The notes below the pieces were generated by a model that saw only the letters and a program-made list of their open reading frames with translations, did not search any database and was not told the origin of the DNA. The position numbers were made by a program, and so were the translations under genes. Positions 16,394-25,645 of a stretch of DNA of 64,000 bases are shown here, in pieces; the first letter of the stretch is position 1, and each line of letters begins with the position of its first letter. Source of the stretch: Polyangiales bacterium (GTDB lineage Bacteria; Myxococcota_A; Polyangia; Polyangiales; Polyangiaceae); assembly GCA_038231275.1 (NCBI GenBank), contig JBBRLQ010000014.1:96001-160000 (forward strand), read 5' to 3'.

Positions 16394-18781
16394 ATGACTC
16401 TCTTCGAAAGAATCGGACACGCGCTCGGCCTCGCCGTGGTTCGCCACCGGATGACGACGGTGCTCACGAGCCTGCTTGTTTTTGGCCTTTTCTCGGCCGG
16501 CATCGCGCGCGCGCGGTTTTCGACGGATTACCGCGTTTTCTTTTCAAAAGAAGATCCGGGGCTGACGGCGTTCGAGAAGCTGGAGGCGGCGTTCACCAAG
16601 ACCGACAACGTGCTCTTCGTCGTTCACGCCAAGGAGGGAACGGTCTTCACCCCGCGCGTGCTCGAGGCGACGCAGGCCCTGACGGCGGCGGCGTGGAAGA
16701 TCCCGTACGGCACGCGCGTCGACTCGGTCACGAACTTCCCCTACGCGCGCGTCGAGGACGGCGACATCGCGCAGACCGATCTGGTGACAGCGCCGGCGGC
16801 GACCCTCGACGCCGCGGACATCGCGAAGGTGCGTGACGTGGCGATGGCGGAGCCGCTCTTGGCGGGGAGCCTCGTCGCGCGGGATGCTACGACGACCGCG
16901 GTCAACGTCACCCTGCGCCTCCCGGGCAAGGATCCCGAGGAGGTCACCGCGTCGGTGATGGCGGCGCGCGCGCTCGCGAAGAGCATCGGCGACGCGTACC
17001 CGGAGATCGAGCTCCGCGTCTCCGGGATGGCGCTCATGAACCACGCGTTCATGGAGACCGCCGTGAAGGATCTCGGCGTGATGCTGCCGATCATGGTCGG
17101 CGTGATCCTCGTCGCGATGTGCTTTCTCCTAAGGAGCGCGCTCTCGACGCTCGCGGTCGCCGCGGTGCTGGCCATCTCGGCGATCCTCTCGCTCGCCCTC
17201 GCGGGGTGGCTCCGGTATCCGCTGACGCCGCCGGCCATCGCGGCGCCGATGATCGTTCTCACCGTGGCGGTGGCCGACGGGGTCCACGTCGTGCTCGCGA
17301 CGATGGCGGCGATGCGCGCGGGCTCGCGCAAGGAGGACGCGATCGTCCACTCGCTCTCCGAGAACCTCGAGGCGATCACCTACACGTGGCTCACCACGGT
17401 CGTGGGCTTCGTCTGCCTGAACTACTCGGAGGCGCCGCCGGTTCGGCACCTGGCGAACATGACGTGCTTCGGCGTGACGGCGGCCTTCCTCTTCTCGTTC
17501 ACGCTCCTGCCCGCGCTCCTTGCGCTCTTGCCGATCCGCGCGCGTGCGACGACGGCGGCGACCGAGTCCGGGCTCTTCCGTCGCCTCACGGATCTCGTAA
17601 TCCGCCGCCGCGGGACCGTGCTGATCGCGTGCGCGGCGATCACGGGTGCCGCAGGATTCTTCGCGTCGCGGCTCGAGACGAATGACCAGTTCGTGCGCTA
17701 CTTCGACGAGTCGGTCCCGTTCCGCCGCGACGTCGACTTCACGATGAAGCACCTGTCGGGCATCTACCGCCTGGAGTTCCAAGTGGGCAGCGGTGAGCCG
17801 ACGGGCATCAGCGATCCCGTCTACCTCGCGCGCCTCGACGAGTTCGCGACGTGGCTCCGCGCGCAGCCGGAGGTCGACCATGTGTACGGCCTCGCCGACG
17901 TCTTGAAGCGCGTGAACCAAGTCGTCCATGACGACGATCCGTCGTTCTACCGCACCCCCGACACGCGGGACGCCGCCGCGCAGTCGCTCCTCCTCTACGA
18001 GATGGGCCTCCCGTCCGGGCTCGACCTCACCGATCGCGTCAACGTCGACAAGTCGGCGACGCGCGTGACCGTGACCGTGAAGGACATGTCGACGAAGAAG
18101 CTAACCGGCTTCGCGCAGCGCGCCGAAGGATGGCTCCGCGAGCATGCGCCGCGCCCGATGTGGGCCGAAGCGACGGGACCGGTCGTTATCTTCTCGCAGC
18201 TCTCCGATCGCAACGCGAAGAGCATGGTCCAAGGCGACTTCGTCTCGCTGGCGCTCATCTCCCTGTGCATGATCATCGTGCTCCGAAGCTTGCGCCTCGG
18301 GATGCTGAGCGTCGTCCCCAACGTCGTCCCGATCGTCATCGGGTACGGACTGTGGCGCCTCACCGTCGGCCAAATGAACATCGTCGCGTCGGTGGCGGGC
18401 AGCATCAGCCTCGGCATCATCGTGGACGACACGATCCACTTCTTGACGAAGTACCAGGCCATGCGGCGCCGGTTCGGGACGTCCGAGGAGGACGCGATGC
18501 GCGCGACCTTGGCACACGTGGGCCCGGCGATGCTGTCGACCAGCGTGATCTTGGTCCTCGGCTTCGGCGTCCTGACACTGTCGTCGTTCCAGATGACCAG
18601 CTACCTAGGGTGGCTCAGCGTCATCATCGTGGGCGTCGCGCCGCTGGCCGACATGGTCCTCGCGCCCGCGCTCGTCCTCACGTTCGGCGCAGGGAAAATC
18701 ACGGGCAAGGTGGAGGATCGCGAGAGCGATCCACGCGCGAGCTTGGCACTCGAAACGACAATGAGCAGAGGTGTGTCATGA
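16394..18781 (+). CDS. MMPL/RND-family transporter
   Basis: Two repeats of a periplasmic loop plus TM bundle. Motifs TVAVADGVH and LGIIVDDTIHF. Confidence 0.92.
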   Translation: MTLFERIGHALGLAVVRHRMTTVLTSLLVFGLFSAGIARARFSTDYRVFFSKEDPGLTAFEKLEAAFTKTDNVLFVVHAKEGTVFTPRVLEATQALTAAAWKIPYGTRVDSVTNFPYARVEDGDIAQTDLVTAPAATLDAADIAKVRDVAMAEPLLAGSLVARDATTTAVNVTLRLPGKDPEEVTASVMAARALAKSIGDAYPEIELRVSGMALMNHAFMETAVKDLGVMLPIMVGVILVAMCFLLRSALSTLAVAAVLAISAILSLALAGWLRYPLTPPAIAAPMIVLTVAVADGVHVVLATMAAMRAGSRKEDAIVHSLSENLEAITYTWLTTVVGFVCLNYSEAPPVRHLANMTCFGVTAAFLFSFTLLPALLALLPIRARATTAATESGLFRRLTDLVIRRRGTVLIACAAITGAAGFFASRLETNDQFVRYFDESVPFRRDVDFTMKHLSGIYRLEFQVGSGEPTGISDPVYLARLDEFATWLRAQPEVDHVYGLADVLKRVNQVVHDDDPSFYRTPDTRDAAAQSLLLYEMGLPSGLDLTDRVNVDKSATRVTVTVKDMSTKKLTGFAQRAEGWLREHAPRPMWAEATGPVVIFSQLSDRNAKSMVQGDFVSLALISLCMIIVLRSLRLGMLSVVPNVVPIVIGYGLWRLTVGQMNIVASVAGSISLGIIVDDTIHFLTKYQAMRRRFGTSEEDAMRATLAHVGPAMLSTSVILVLGFGVLTLSSFQMTSYLGWLSVIIVGVAPLADMVLAPALVLTFGAGKITGKVEDRESDPRASLALETTMSRGVS

Positions 18782-19605
18782 ATCGATCGAAGATGGTGCT
18801 CGGGGTGATCGCGGCGGCGGCGGCGTTGGCCTTTGCGGGCGCCGCGGACGCCAAGACGGCGGAGGAGATCGAGGCCGCCGGGTCGCCCGAGCAGAAGGGC
18901 CAGGCGGTCGCCATGGAGCTCGCCGCGCGCAACACCGGCTACAAAGATCTCGGCGGCGACGTCGAGATGACGCTCAAGGATCCGTCGGGCGGCGAGGCCA
19001 AGCGCCGCTTCAACCTCAAGGTCCTCGAGAAGACCGACGCCGACAGCGGTGACCGTTCCCTCATCGTGTTCGATTCGCCGGCCGACGTGAAGGGGACGGC
19101 GGTCCTCTCCCACGCGAAGGCCGGAGACGAGGACGAGCAGTGGCTCTACCTCCCGTCGGCGCGTCGCGTGAAGCGCATCTCGTCGTCGAATCGCACCGGC
19201 GCCTTCGTGGGGAGCGAGTTTTCGTTCGAGGATCTCACCGGCAACGACGGTCGCAAGTACTCGTGGAAGCTCGCCGGCCGCGCGGCGTGCGGCGCGTCGC
19301 AGTGCCTCACCCTCGAGGCGACGCCGAAGGATCCGCAGTCGGCGTACTCCAAGCGCGTCCTCCACGTCGACGCGCAGGAGTTCCGCATCCAGTCGATCGA
19401 GTTCTTCGATCGCAAGGGCGCGAAGCTCAAGACGCTCACCTACGACGCGTACAAGAAGATGAACGGCCGATTCTGGCGCGCGCAGACGTGGTCGATGCAG
19501 AACCACCAGTCTGGCAAGAGCACGGTGGTATCGTTCACTTCGATGCGCCTCGGCAACGGGTACTCCGCGAGCGATTTCTCGACTGGCAAGCTCGGCGGCG
19601 GCTGA
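18778..19605 (+). CDS. Outer-membrane lipoprotein-sorting (LolA-like) periplasmic protein
   Basis: Signal peptide, FDSPADVKGT, QWLYLPSARRVKRI, FVGSEFSFEDL. Start overlaps the MMPL stop. Confidence 0.88.
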   Translation: MNRSKMVLGVIAAAAALAFAGAADAKTAEEIEAAGSPEQKGQAVAMELAARNTGYKDLGGDVEMTLKDPSGGEAKRRFNLKVLEKTDADSGDRSLIVFDSPADVKGTAVLSHAKAGDEDEQWLYLPSARRVKRISSSNRTGAFVGSEFSFEDLTGNDGRKYSWKLAGRAACGASQCLTLEATPKDPQSAYSKRVLHVDAQEFRIQSIEFFDRKGAKLKTLTYDAYKKMNGRFWRAQTWSMQNHQSGKSTVVSFTSMRLGNGYSASDFSTGKLGGG

Positions 19606-19627
19606 GCGGCATCTTCCCCGACGACGC

Positions 19628-20824
19628 ATGCCGTACAAGGTCTCGCTCGCCGTCGTCGTCGCGCTCGTCGGAGTCCTCGTGGGATGCGCGGCGCCGGCCG
19701 TCGAGGCGAGCGGCAGCGTCGCGGCGGAGGGGCGCGCCTTCTTCTTCGCGCCCAAGTACGCGGGGCAAGATCGCGGCAACGGCGTGTCGCTCGTCGCAGA
19801 GCCGCAGCTCCAGGCCAAGACCGAGGACGGCGAGCACACGCTGACGCTTCGCCCGTTCTATCGGCTCGATCCGACCGACGAGAACCGCTCGCACGCCGAC
19901 GTGCGCCAAGGGAGCTACCGGCTCTCGCTCGAGCACTTCGAGGCGGGCGCCGGTGCCGGGACGTTCACGTGGGGCGTGCTCGAGTCGTACCGGCCCACCG
20001 ACGTGATGAACCAGACCGACTTCGTCGAGGCGGTCGACGGCACGGCGAAGCTCGGGCAGCCGTACGCGGAGATCGGGTGGATCGGCGAGTCGACGGCGCT
20101 CCGCCTCTACTACCTGCCGTACTTCCGGGAGCGCACGTTCCAGGGCGTGCGGGGACGGCCTCGCTTTCCGAGCGTCATCGACACGGGGAGCGCGCTCTTC
20201 GCGACGCGGAACCGGCAGTGGGAGCCCAGCGCGGCGGGGCGCTTCACCTGGAACGCCGGCGATCTCGATCTCGGCTTCGGCGCGTTCACCGGCCTAGGCC
20301 GCGAGCCGGCGTTCGTCGCCGAGCTGACGACGGGGCAGGTCGCGCCGCGCTACGATCGGACGCACCAGGCGTCCGTCGACGCGCAGTACACGCTCGGCGC
20401 GTTCACGTTCAAGGCCGAGGCGTTCGCGCGCCTGTGGTCCGACCGCCTGCGCGCCATCGGCGGCGGCGGGGCAGGTGTAGACTACACGTTATTCAAGCTC
20501 GTCGGCGAAGCGGACCTCAGCTTCGCTGCCGAGTACCTGATCGATCGGCGGCCCGTAGACGCGCCGATCACGTTCTTCGATCACGATGCGTTCGGCGGGT
20601 TCCGCCTCGCCTTCAACGACACCGAGAGCACCGAGATCACCGGCGGCGCGGTCGTCGACGTGTACGACGGCACGACCTTCGGACGCGCGCAGGCGAGCCG
20701 CCGGGTGGGCGAGCACTGGCGCGTGTCGGTGGGCGGGAGCCTCTTCTTCGGCCCCAGCGCGAAGCTCGAGGGCTCGTTTCGCCGCGACGACTACGTCCAG
20801 GGACGGATCGCGTACTTTTTCTGA
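19628..20824 (+). CDS. Predicted outer-membrane beta-barrel protein associated with the MMPL/LolA-like pair
   Basis: Signal peptide, WG...PTDVMN motif, alternating beta-strand pattern, C-terminal aromatic YFF. Confidence 0.75.
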   Translation: MPYKVSLAVVVALVGVLVGCAAPAVEASGSVAAEGRAFFFAPKYAGQDRGNGVSLVAEPQLQAKTEDGEHTLTLRPFYRLDPTDENRSHADVRQGSYRLSLEHFEAGAGAGTFTWGVLESYRPTDVMNQTDFVEAVDGTAKLGQPYAEIGWIGESTALRLYYLPYFRERTFQGVRGRPRFPSVIDTGSALFATRNRQWEPSAAGRFTWNAGDLDLGFGAFTGLGREPAFVAELTTGQVAPRYDRTHQASVDAQYTLGAFTFKAEAFARLWSDRLRAIGGGGAGVDYTLFKLVGEADLSFAAEYLIDRRPVDAPITFFDHDAFGGFRLAFNDTESTEITGGAVVDVYDGTTFGRAQASRRVGEHWRVSVGGSLFFGPSAKLEGSFRRDDYVQGRIAYFF

Positions 20825-20828
20825 ACGG

Positions 20829-21731
20829 TCACGCCGAGAGGAGCGCGTCGCGAACGGCGCGGAGGAGGCCCTCGCGGACCTTCGCGAGCACTGCCTCGCC
20901 GTTGCACAAAAGGTAGAGGGGCTCGGCGATGACCCACCCCTTCACGTCGATCGCGACGATGCTGCCCGCCTGGACGAGCTTTCGCGCGGCGACGTGCGGG
21001 CCGAAGACGAGGTACTCGCCGGTCGACGCGAGATCGAGGGCGGTCCGGATCGTCTGCGCCTCGTGGCCGATGACGCGCTCGCCGATAGGGATGGGGCAGT
21101 CGTCGGTGATCGGCGCGAGGCGGTTGCCGGTGGCGGCGGGCGCGACCCACGGCACGTCACGGAGCTTGTCGATGGTGGTGGGCAGCGGCGCGAGGCGCTT
21201 GGCGAGCGCGGGCGAGCCGAAGAGGGACTTGCGGAGCTGCCCGACCTCGTCGCTCGTCCACGTGGAGGGCCGGTTCGTGATGTCGCCCGGTACCAGCGCC
21301 ACGTCGAACGAGTTCTCGGTGATGTACGCGCGGATGAGCGGCGGCGACAGCTCGAGGGCGCGCACGCGGAGGCGCGGGTGCGAGTGCGCGACGGCGGGCA
21401 AAAGTGCTTCCAAGAGGTACGAGGGCCCGGCCACGGTGAGCTCGATCTTCTTGTCGCCGTTGGCGGTGGGGGCCGGCCTTCGCGTCGCCTCGATCGACGC
21501 GATGGCGGCGGCGACGTGTCCCGCGACGTGCACGCCGGCGTCGTTCAAGCTCACGCCCTTGGTGCCGCGCACGAAGAGCTTCGCGTCACAGTGCCGCTCG
21601 ACGCGCGAGATCGATTTGCTGACCTGCGATGGCGTCACGCGCAGCTCCCGCGCGGCGCCGGTGATGGAGCGAGTTCGCTGGACGGCAAGGAACGTCACGA
21701 GGTCCGCGATACGCAGATCGATGGGCTCCAT
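20829..21731 (-). CDS. LysR-family transcriptional regulator
   Basis: N-terminal HTH SITGAARELRVTPSQVSKSISRVE...LFVR, 300 aa. Confidence 0.9.
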   Translation of the reverse strand: MEPIDLRIADLVTFLAVQRTRSITGAARELRVTPSQVSKSISRVERHCDAKLFVRGTKGVSLNDAGVHVAGHVAAAIASIEATRRPAPTANGDKKIELTVAGPSYLLEALLPAVAHSHPRLRVRALELSPPLIRAYITENSFDVALVPGDITNRPSTWTSDEVGQLRKSLFGSPALAKRLAPLPTTIDKLRDVPWVAPAATGNRLAPITDDCPIPIGERVIGHEAQTIRTALDLASTGEYLVFGPHVAARKLVQAGSIVAIDVKGWVIAEPLYLLCNGEAVLAKVREGLLRAVRDALLSA

Positions 21732-21812
21732 GCGCCATCGCTTTTGGCACTGGTCGGGCGGAGCAGCAAGTCTTCCTTTTGCGCGGCCCTTCGGTCGAAG
21801 TGGCGCGGAAGA

Positions 21813-22700
21813 TCAGTCCAGCGAGCCGCCGAACGTATCGCACGACTTGGGGTTGCCGCTGGTCATGCCGGTCTGGAACCAGCGCTGGCGATCGGCCGCG
21901 GACCCGTGCGTGAACTTCTCCGGATTCACGCGTCCGCGGACCTCCTCTTGGATTCGGTCGTCGCCGACCGACGCGGCGGCGTCGAGGCCCTGCGAGACTT
22001 CGTCGGCGGAGACCTTGCCTGCTTCGTAGGCCGAGTGTCCCCACACGCCGGCGTAGCAGTCGGCCTGGAGCTCGAGCATCACCGAGAGGGCGTTTCGCTT
22101 GCTGGGGGCGCGTTGCATCGCGGCCTCGAACGCGCGCTCGGTGCCGAGCAAGCTCTGAACGTGGTGGCCGTACTCGTGCGCGACGACGTAGGCCTCGGCG
22201 AAGTCGCCGCCCTTCGCGTGAAAGCGCCGGTGAAGCTGCTCGAAGAAGCCCGTGTCGAGGTACACCTCGTGGTCGGTCGGACAATAAAACGGTCCGGTGG
22301 ATGCGCTCGCGACGCCGCAGCCGCTCTGCGTGCGGTCGGAGAAGAGGACGAGCTTTGCCGGACGATAGGATCCGCCGCTCGCCGCGAGGGTGCGCGTCCA
22401 GAACGCTTGGACGTTCGTCTCCACGCACGCCGCGAACTCTCCCTGATTGCTCGCGGACGTCACTCCTTGGCAGCTCTGCGAGACGATCGGTGACGTGGGG
22501 TTCGCCGCAGAGGTTGTGTGCGTCGCGCCCGGCGAGGGGTCGTCGGTCGTGACGACGTCACCTCCGAGAAATCGAATCGCCAGATAGATGAGCGTTCCGA
22601 CGACACCGAGACCGCCGGCTCCCGCGCCGATCACGCCGCCCATTCCACGCCGGTCATCGACCTGGCCGCCGTCCGCACGATCGCCCGCATCGAATTTCAT
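21813..22700 (-). CDS. Neutral zinc metallopeptidase (YpfJ-like)
   Basis: GPFYCPTD, YVVAHEYGHHVQ, ELQADCYAG, FTHGS. Confidence 0.9.
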   Translation of the reverse strand: MKFDAGDRADGGQVDDRRGMGGVIGAGAGGLGVVGTLIYLAIRFLGGDVVTTDDPSPGATHTTSAANPTSPIVSQSCQGVTSASNQGEFAACVETNVQAFWTRTLAASGGSYRPAKLVLFSDRTQSGCGVASASTGPFYCPTDHEVYLDTGFFEQLHRRFHAKGGDFAEAYVVAHEYGHHVQSLLGTERAFEAAMQRAPSKRNALSVMLELQADCYAGVWGHSAYEAGKVSADEVSQGLDAAASVGDDRIQEEVRGRVNPEKFTHGSAADRQRWFQTGMTSGNPKSCDTFGGSLD

Positions 22701-22722
22701 CGCGTCACCTCGGCAGCGACTC

Positions 22723-22738
22723 AGCAAACGCCGCACCA
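22723..22738 (-). promoter_or_regulatory. Putative sigma-54 promoter (TGGTGC-GGCGT-TTGCT) for the metallopeptidase
   Basis: GG-N10-GC, 22 nt before the ATG, with a GAGGTG Shine-Dalgarno in between. Confidence 0.55.
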
Positions 22739-22943
22739 ACGCACGATGCCCACGAAAATCGCGGGGTGCCGCGATCTGGCGTCGAGAGGGGCGTGGCGTT
22801 CCTGCGCCCGGTGCAAATTCTCCACGCCTGCGCGCATGCCGTCGCCCCCCTGGGTCGCCGATTATCCAGGGCGATGCCGCCCGCCCGCAGCAAGTGGCGC
22901 CGCGCGTTCACGCATTTCGGGGGCAAGTCCGCGAATGCACGAC

Positions 22944-22959
22944 GGGCGCGCGGCGTGCA
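22944..22959 (+). promoter_or_regulatory. Putative sigma-54 promoter (GGGCGC-GCGGC-GTGCA)
   Basis: GG-N10-GC, 13 nt before ATG 22973. Nearly identical to the box at 60735-60750. Confidence 0.4.
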
Positions 22960-22972
22960 GTCTGGGTCCGCG

Positions 22973-23218
22973 ATGGGGCTCATCTTCTTCAACAACCAGA
23001 GCGGCGACGAAGTGATTCGGGCGATGCAGGCCGCCCGCCGCCGTGACGCGAAGGTCGTGCTCAGCCACACGCTCGTGCGTGAGATTCGGAGCGTGCTCGC
23101 CCTCTCGGGGCCGCAGGAGGACACGGTGCTGCTGCTCCGTCCCGAGCACAAGAAGTCGCGTCAGAGCGAGGGCGTTTGGGACCGCTGGATGCGGGCGCTC
23201 GGCGCCGTCGTCGTGTGA
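22973..23218 (+). CDS. Small hypothetical protein (81 aa)
   Basis: MGLIFFNNQSGDEVIRAMQ..., GC3-rich codons, promoter-like box upstream and hairpin downstream. Confidence 0.6.
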   Translation: MGLIFFNNQSGDEVIRAMQAARRRDAKVVLSHTLVREIRSVLALSGPQEDTVLLLRPEHKKSRQSEGVWDRWMRALGAVVV

Positions 23219-23226
23219 TCACGAGA

Positions 23227-23250
23227 GGCCCCGGAGGCCGCTTCGGGGCC
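23227..23250 (+). terminator. GC-rich hairpin, possible terminator
   Basis: GGCCCCGGAG-GCCG-CTTCGGGGCC, a 10-bp stem just after the stop at 23218. No U-tract. Confidence 0.45.
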
Positions 23251-23415
23251 CAGTTCGGCACGTCGGACATCTCCACGAATACGTTCGTCATCCTTGCCGT
23301 CGACCGTAGCGGCCGCGCTCTCCCGCACGGTGACCGCCTCGCGTCGGCGAGATTGTGCGCGTCGCCGAGGGGGCGGTGTCGTAGGCTAGGTCGCCCGCAG
23401 GACGCGGGCTCCGCC

Positions 23416-25605
23416 ATGCCGATCGAACGCCTCGATGCCCGCGAAGGAATCGCGCACGCGCTGCGTGACAGCGAGGAGCGGTTTCGCTTTCTCGCGGAGA
23501 GCGTGCCGGTCCAGATCTGGACGGCGCTGCCCGACGGCAACCTGGACTACGTCACGGAGCAGACCGGGCGACACTTCGGGCTGAGCGCCGCGGCCCTCTT
23601 GGCAAGCGGTTGGCAGAACGTCGTGCACCCGGAGGACTTGCCCCTCGCCGGCGAGCGCTGGACGCGCTCGCTCACCACGGGAGAACCGTACTCGATCGAG
23701 TTCCGGCTCAAGCTCGCGAGCGGGGAGTTCGCGTGGCACCTCGCGCGCGCGGTGGCGCAGCGCGACGAGTCCGGGAAGATCGTGCGCTGGTTCGGGACGA
23801 ACACCAACATCGAAGAGCAACGCGAGCAGCGTCGCCACGTTCAGGAGCTCCATGACGCCGTGGCAAGCCACGCCGACGACCTGCGCGAGCGGGGGCGACT
23901 CCTCGCCCTCCAGGCGGACGTCGGCGTCGCGTTGACGAGGTCGGCCTCGCGTGCGGACGCGCTCGTGGCGTGCGCGGAGGCGCTCGTACGACACCTCGAC
24001 GTCGCCTTCGCGCGGATCTGGACCCTCGACGAGCGGGCCGCCGTGCTGGAGCTCCGGGCGAGCGCGGGCCTGTACACGCACCTCGACGGTCCCCACTCAC
24101 GCATCCCGCTCGGGACGTTGAAGATCGGCCAGATCGCCGCCGAAAGGAAGCCGCTCCACACCAACCAGGTCGTCGGAGATTCGCGCGTCGGGGATCAAGA
24201 GTGGGCGAAGCGCGAGGGCATGGTGTCGTTCGCCGGTTACCCGCTCGTCGTCGCGGGCAAGCTGGTCGGCGTCGTCGCGGCATTCGCGAGGCGCCCCATG
24301 TCCACGGAGAGCGTGGCGGCCCTCGAGTCGATCGCGAACGGGCTCGCGATCGCGATCGAGCGACTGCGCGTCGAGGCCGAGAGGGAGCGCCTCCTTGCGA
24401 TCACCGAGGATGCCCGGCAGCGGGCGGAGCTCGCGAGTCGCGCGAAGGACGAGTTCCTCGCCACGGCGTCCCACGAGCTCCGCACCCCCCTCAACGCCAT
24501 CCTCGGCTGGGCGCGGATGCTGCGCACCGAATCTCTCGACGCCGCTTCGCGAGAGAAAGCGGCGGAGACGATCGAGCGAAACGCGCGCGCGCAGGTCCGC
24601 CTCATCGAGGACATCCTCGACGGCTCGCGGATCATCACGGGCAAGCTCCATCTGGAGATTCAGTCGGTCGATCTCGGCGCCGTCGTCTCTGCGGCGATGG
24701 ATGCCGTACGCCCCGCAGCGGCCGCGAAGAAGATCGCCATCGCGATCGAGCTCGACAGGGCCGGCGCGCGCATGAAGGGTGACCCCGATCGCCTCCAGCA
24801 GATCGTGTGGAACCTCGTCAACAACGCCATCAAGTTCACGCCGAGGGGTGGGTCGATCCGGATCTCTCTGATGCGCGTGGGCACGTCCATCGAGCTGGCA
24901 ATCGCGGACACCGGCGAGGGCATCGCCGCCGAGTTTCTTCCCCTCGTCTTCGAGCGCTTTCGGCAAGCCGACGGCAGCAGCACGCGCCGGCACGGCGGCC
25001 TAGGGCTCGGGTTAGCTCTGGTCCGCCACTTGGTCGAAGCGCACGGCGGAACGGTGCGGGTCGCGAGCCCGGGCGAGGGAAAGGGGGCTACGTTCGTCGT
25101 CACCTTGCCGGTCCAGGCGGTTTTCCCCGAGATCAGCGAGCCGCCGATGCCCGCCGCACACGTCGACGGTGTCGCCACGCCGGCCGAGGGGATGAGCCTG
25201 CTCCACGTTCGCGTGCTCGTCGTCGACGACGAGCGCGACGCCTCGTCCCTCGTCGCCACTGTGCTTCGCATGCACGGCGCCGCCGTCACCGTCGCCGATA
25301 CGGTGGAGCGCGCGCTCGAGGTCCTGGAGGCGGAGCCTCCGACGGTGCTCGTCAGCGACATCGGCATGCCCGGCGCCGACGGGTACGAGCTCATCTCGCG
25401 CGCCCGAGCGCTCACCACGTCTGCCTCCAGCATCCCCGCGCTCGCGCTCACGGCCTACGCGCGCGAAGAAGATCGGCGTCGGGCGCTCAGCGCGGGGTTC
25501 CAGATGTACCTGGCCAAGCCCGCAGATCCCGACGCGCTCGTGAGGGCGGTGCACCGGCTCGCGGCGGGGCGCGGAGAGGCGCTACCCAAGGGCTCCGCCC
25601 GGTAG
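23416..25605 (+). CDS. Hybrid sensor histidine kinase (PAS-GAF-HisKA-HATPase-REC)
   Basis: PAS (VHPEDL, WFGTNTNI), GAF, ASHELRTPLNAI, NLVNNAIKFT, GLGLGL, REC (VLVVDDE, SDIGMP). Confidence 0.93.
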   Translation: MPIERLDAREGIAHALRDSEERFRFLAESVPVQIWTALPDGNLDYVTEQTGRHFGLSAAALLASGWQNVVHPEDLPLAGERWTRSLTTGEPYSIEFRLKLASGEFAWHLARAVAQRDESGKIVRWFGTNTNIEEQREQRRHVQELHDAVASHADDLRERGRLLALQADVGVALTRSASRADALVACAEALVRHLDVAFARIWTLDERAAVLELRASAGLYTHLDGPHSRIPLGTLKIGQIAAERKPLHTNQVVGDSRVGDQEWAKREGMVSFAGYPLVVAGKLVGVVAAFARRPMSTESVAALESIANGLAIAIERLRVEAERERLLAITEDARQRAELASRAKDEFLATASHELRTPLNAILGWARMLRTESLDAASREKAAETIERNARAQVRLIEDILDGSRIITGKLHLEIQSVDLGAVVSAAMDAVRPAAAAKKIAIAIELDRAGARMKGDPDRLQQIVWNLVNNAIKFTPRGGSIRISLMRVGTSIELAIADTGEGIAAEFLPLVFERFRQADGSSTRRHGGLGLGLALVRHLVEAHGGTVRVASPGEGKGATFVVTLPVQAVFPEISEPPMPAAHVDGVATPAEGMSLLHVRVLVVDDERDASSLVATVLRMHGAAVTVADTVERALEVLEAEPPTVLVSDIGMPGADGYELISRARALTTSASSIPALALTAYAREEDRRRALSAGFQMYLAKPADPDALVRAVHRLAAGRGEALPKGSAR

Positions 25606-25645
25606 TCTTCGCGCGGCCGGACCGAAATCGCGGTATCTCTGCCGC

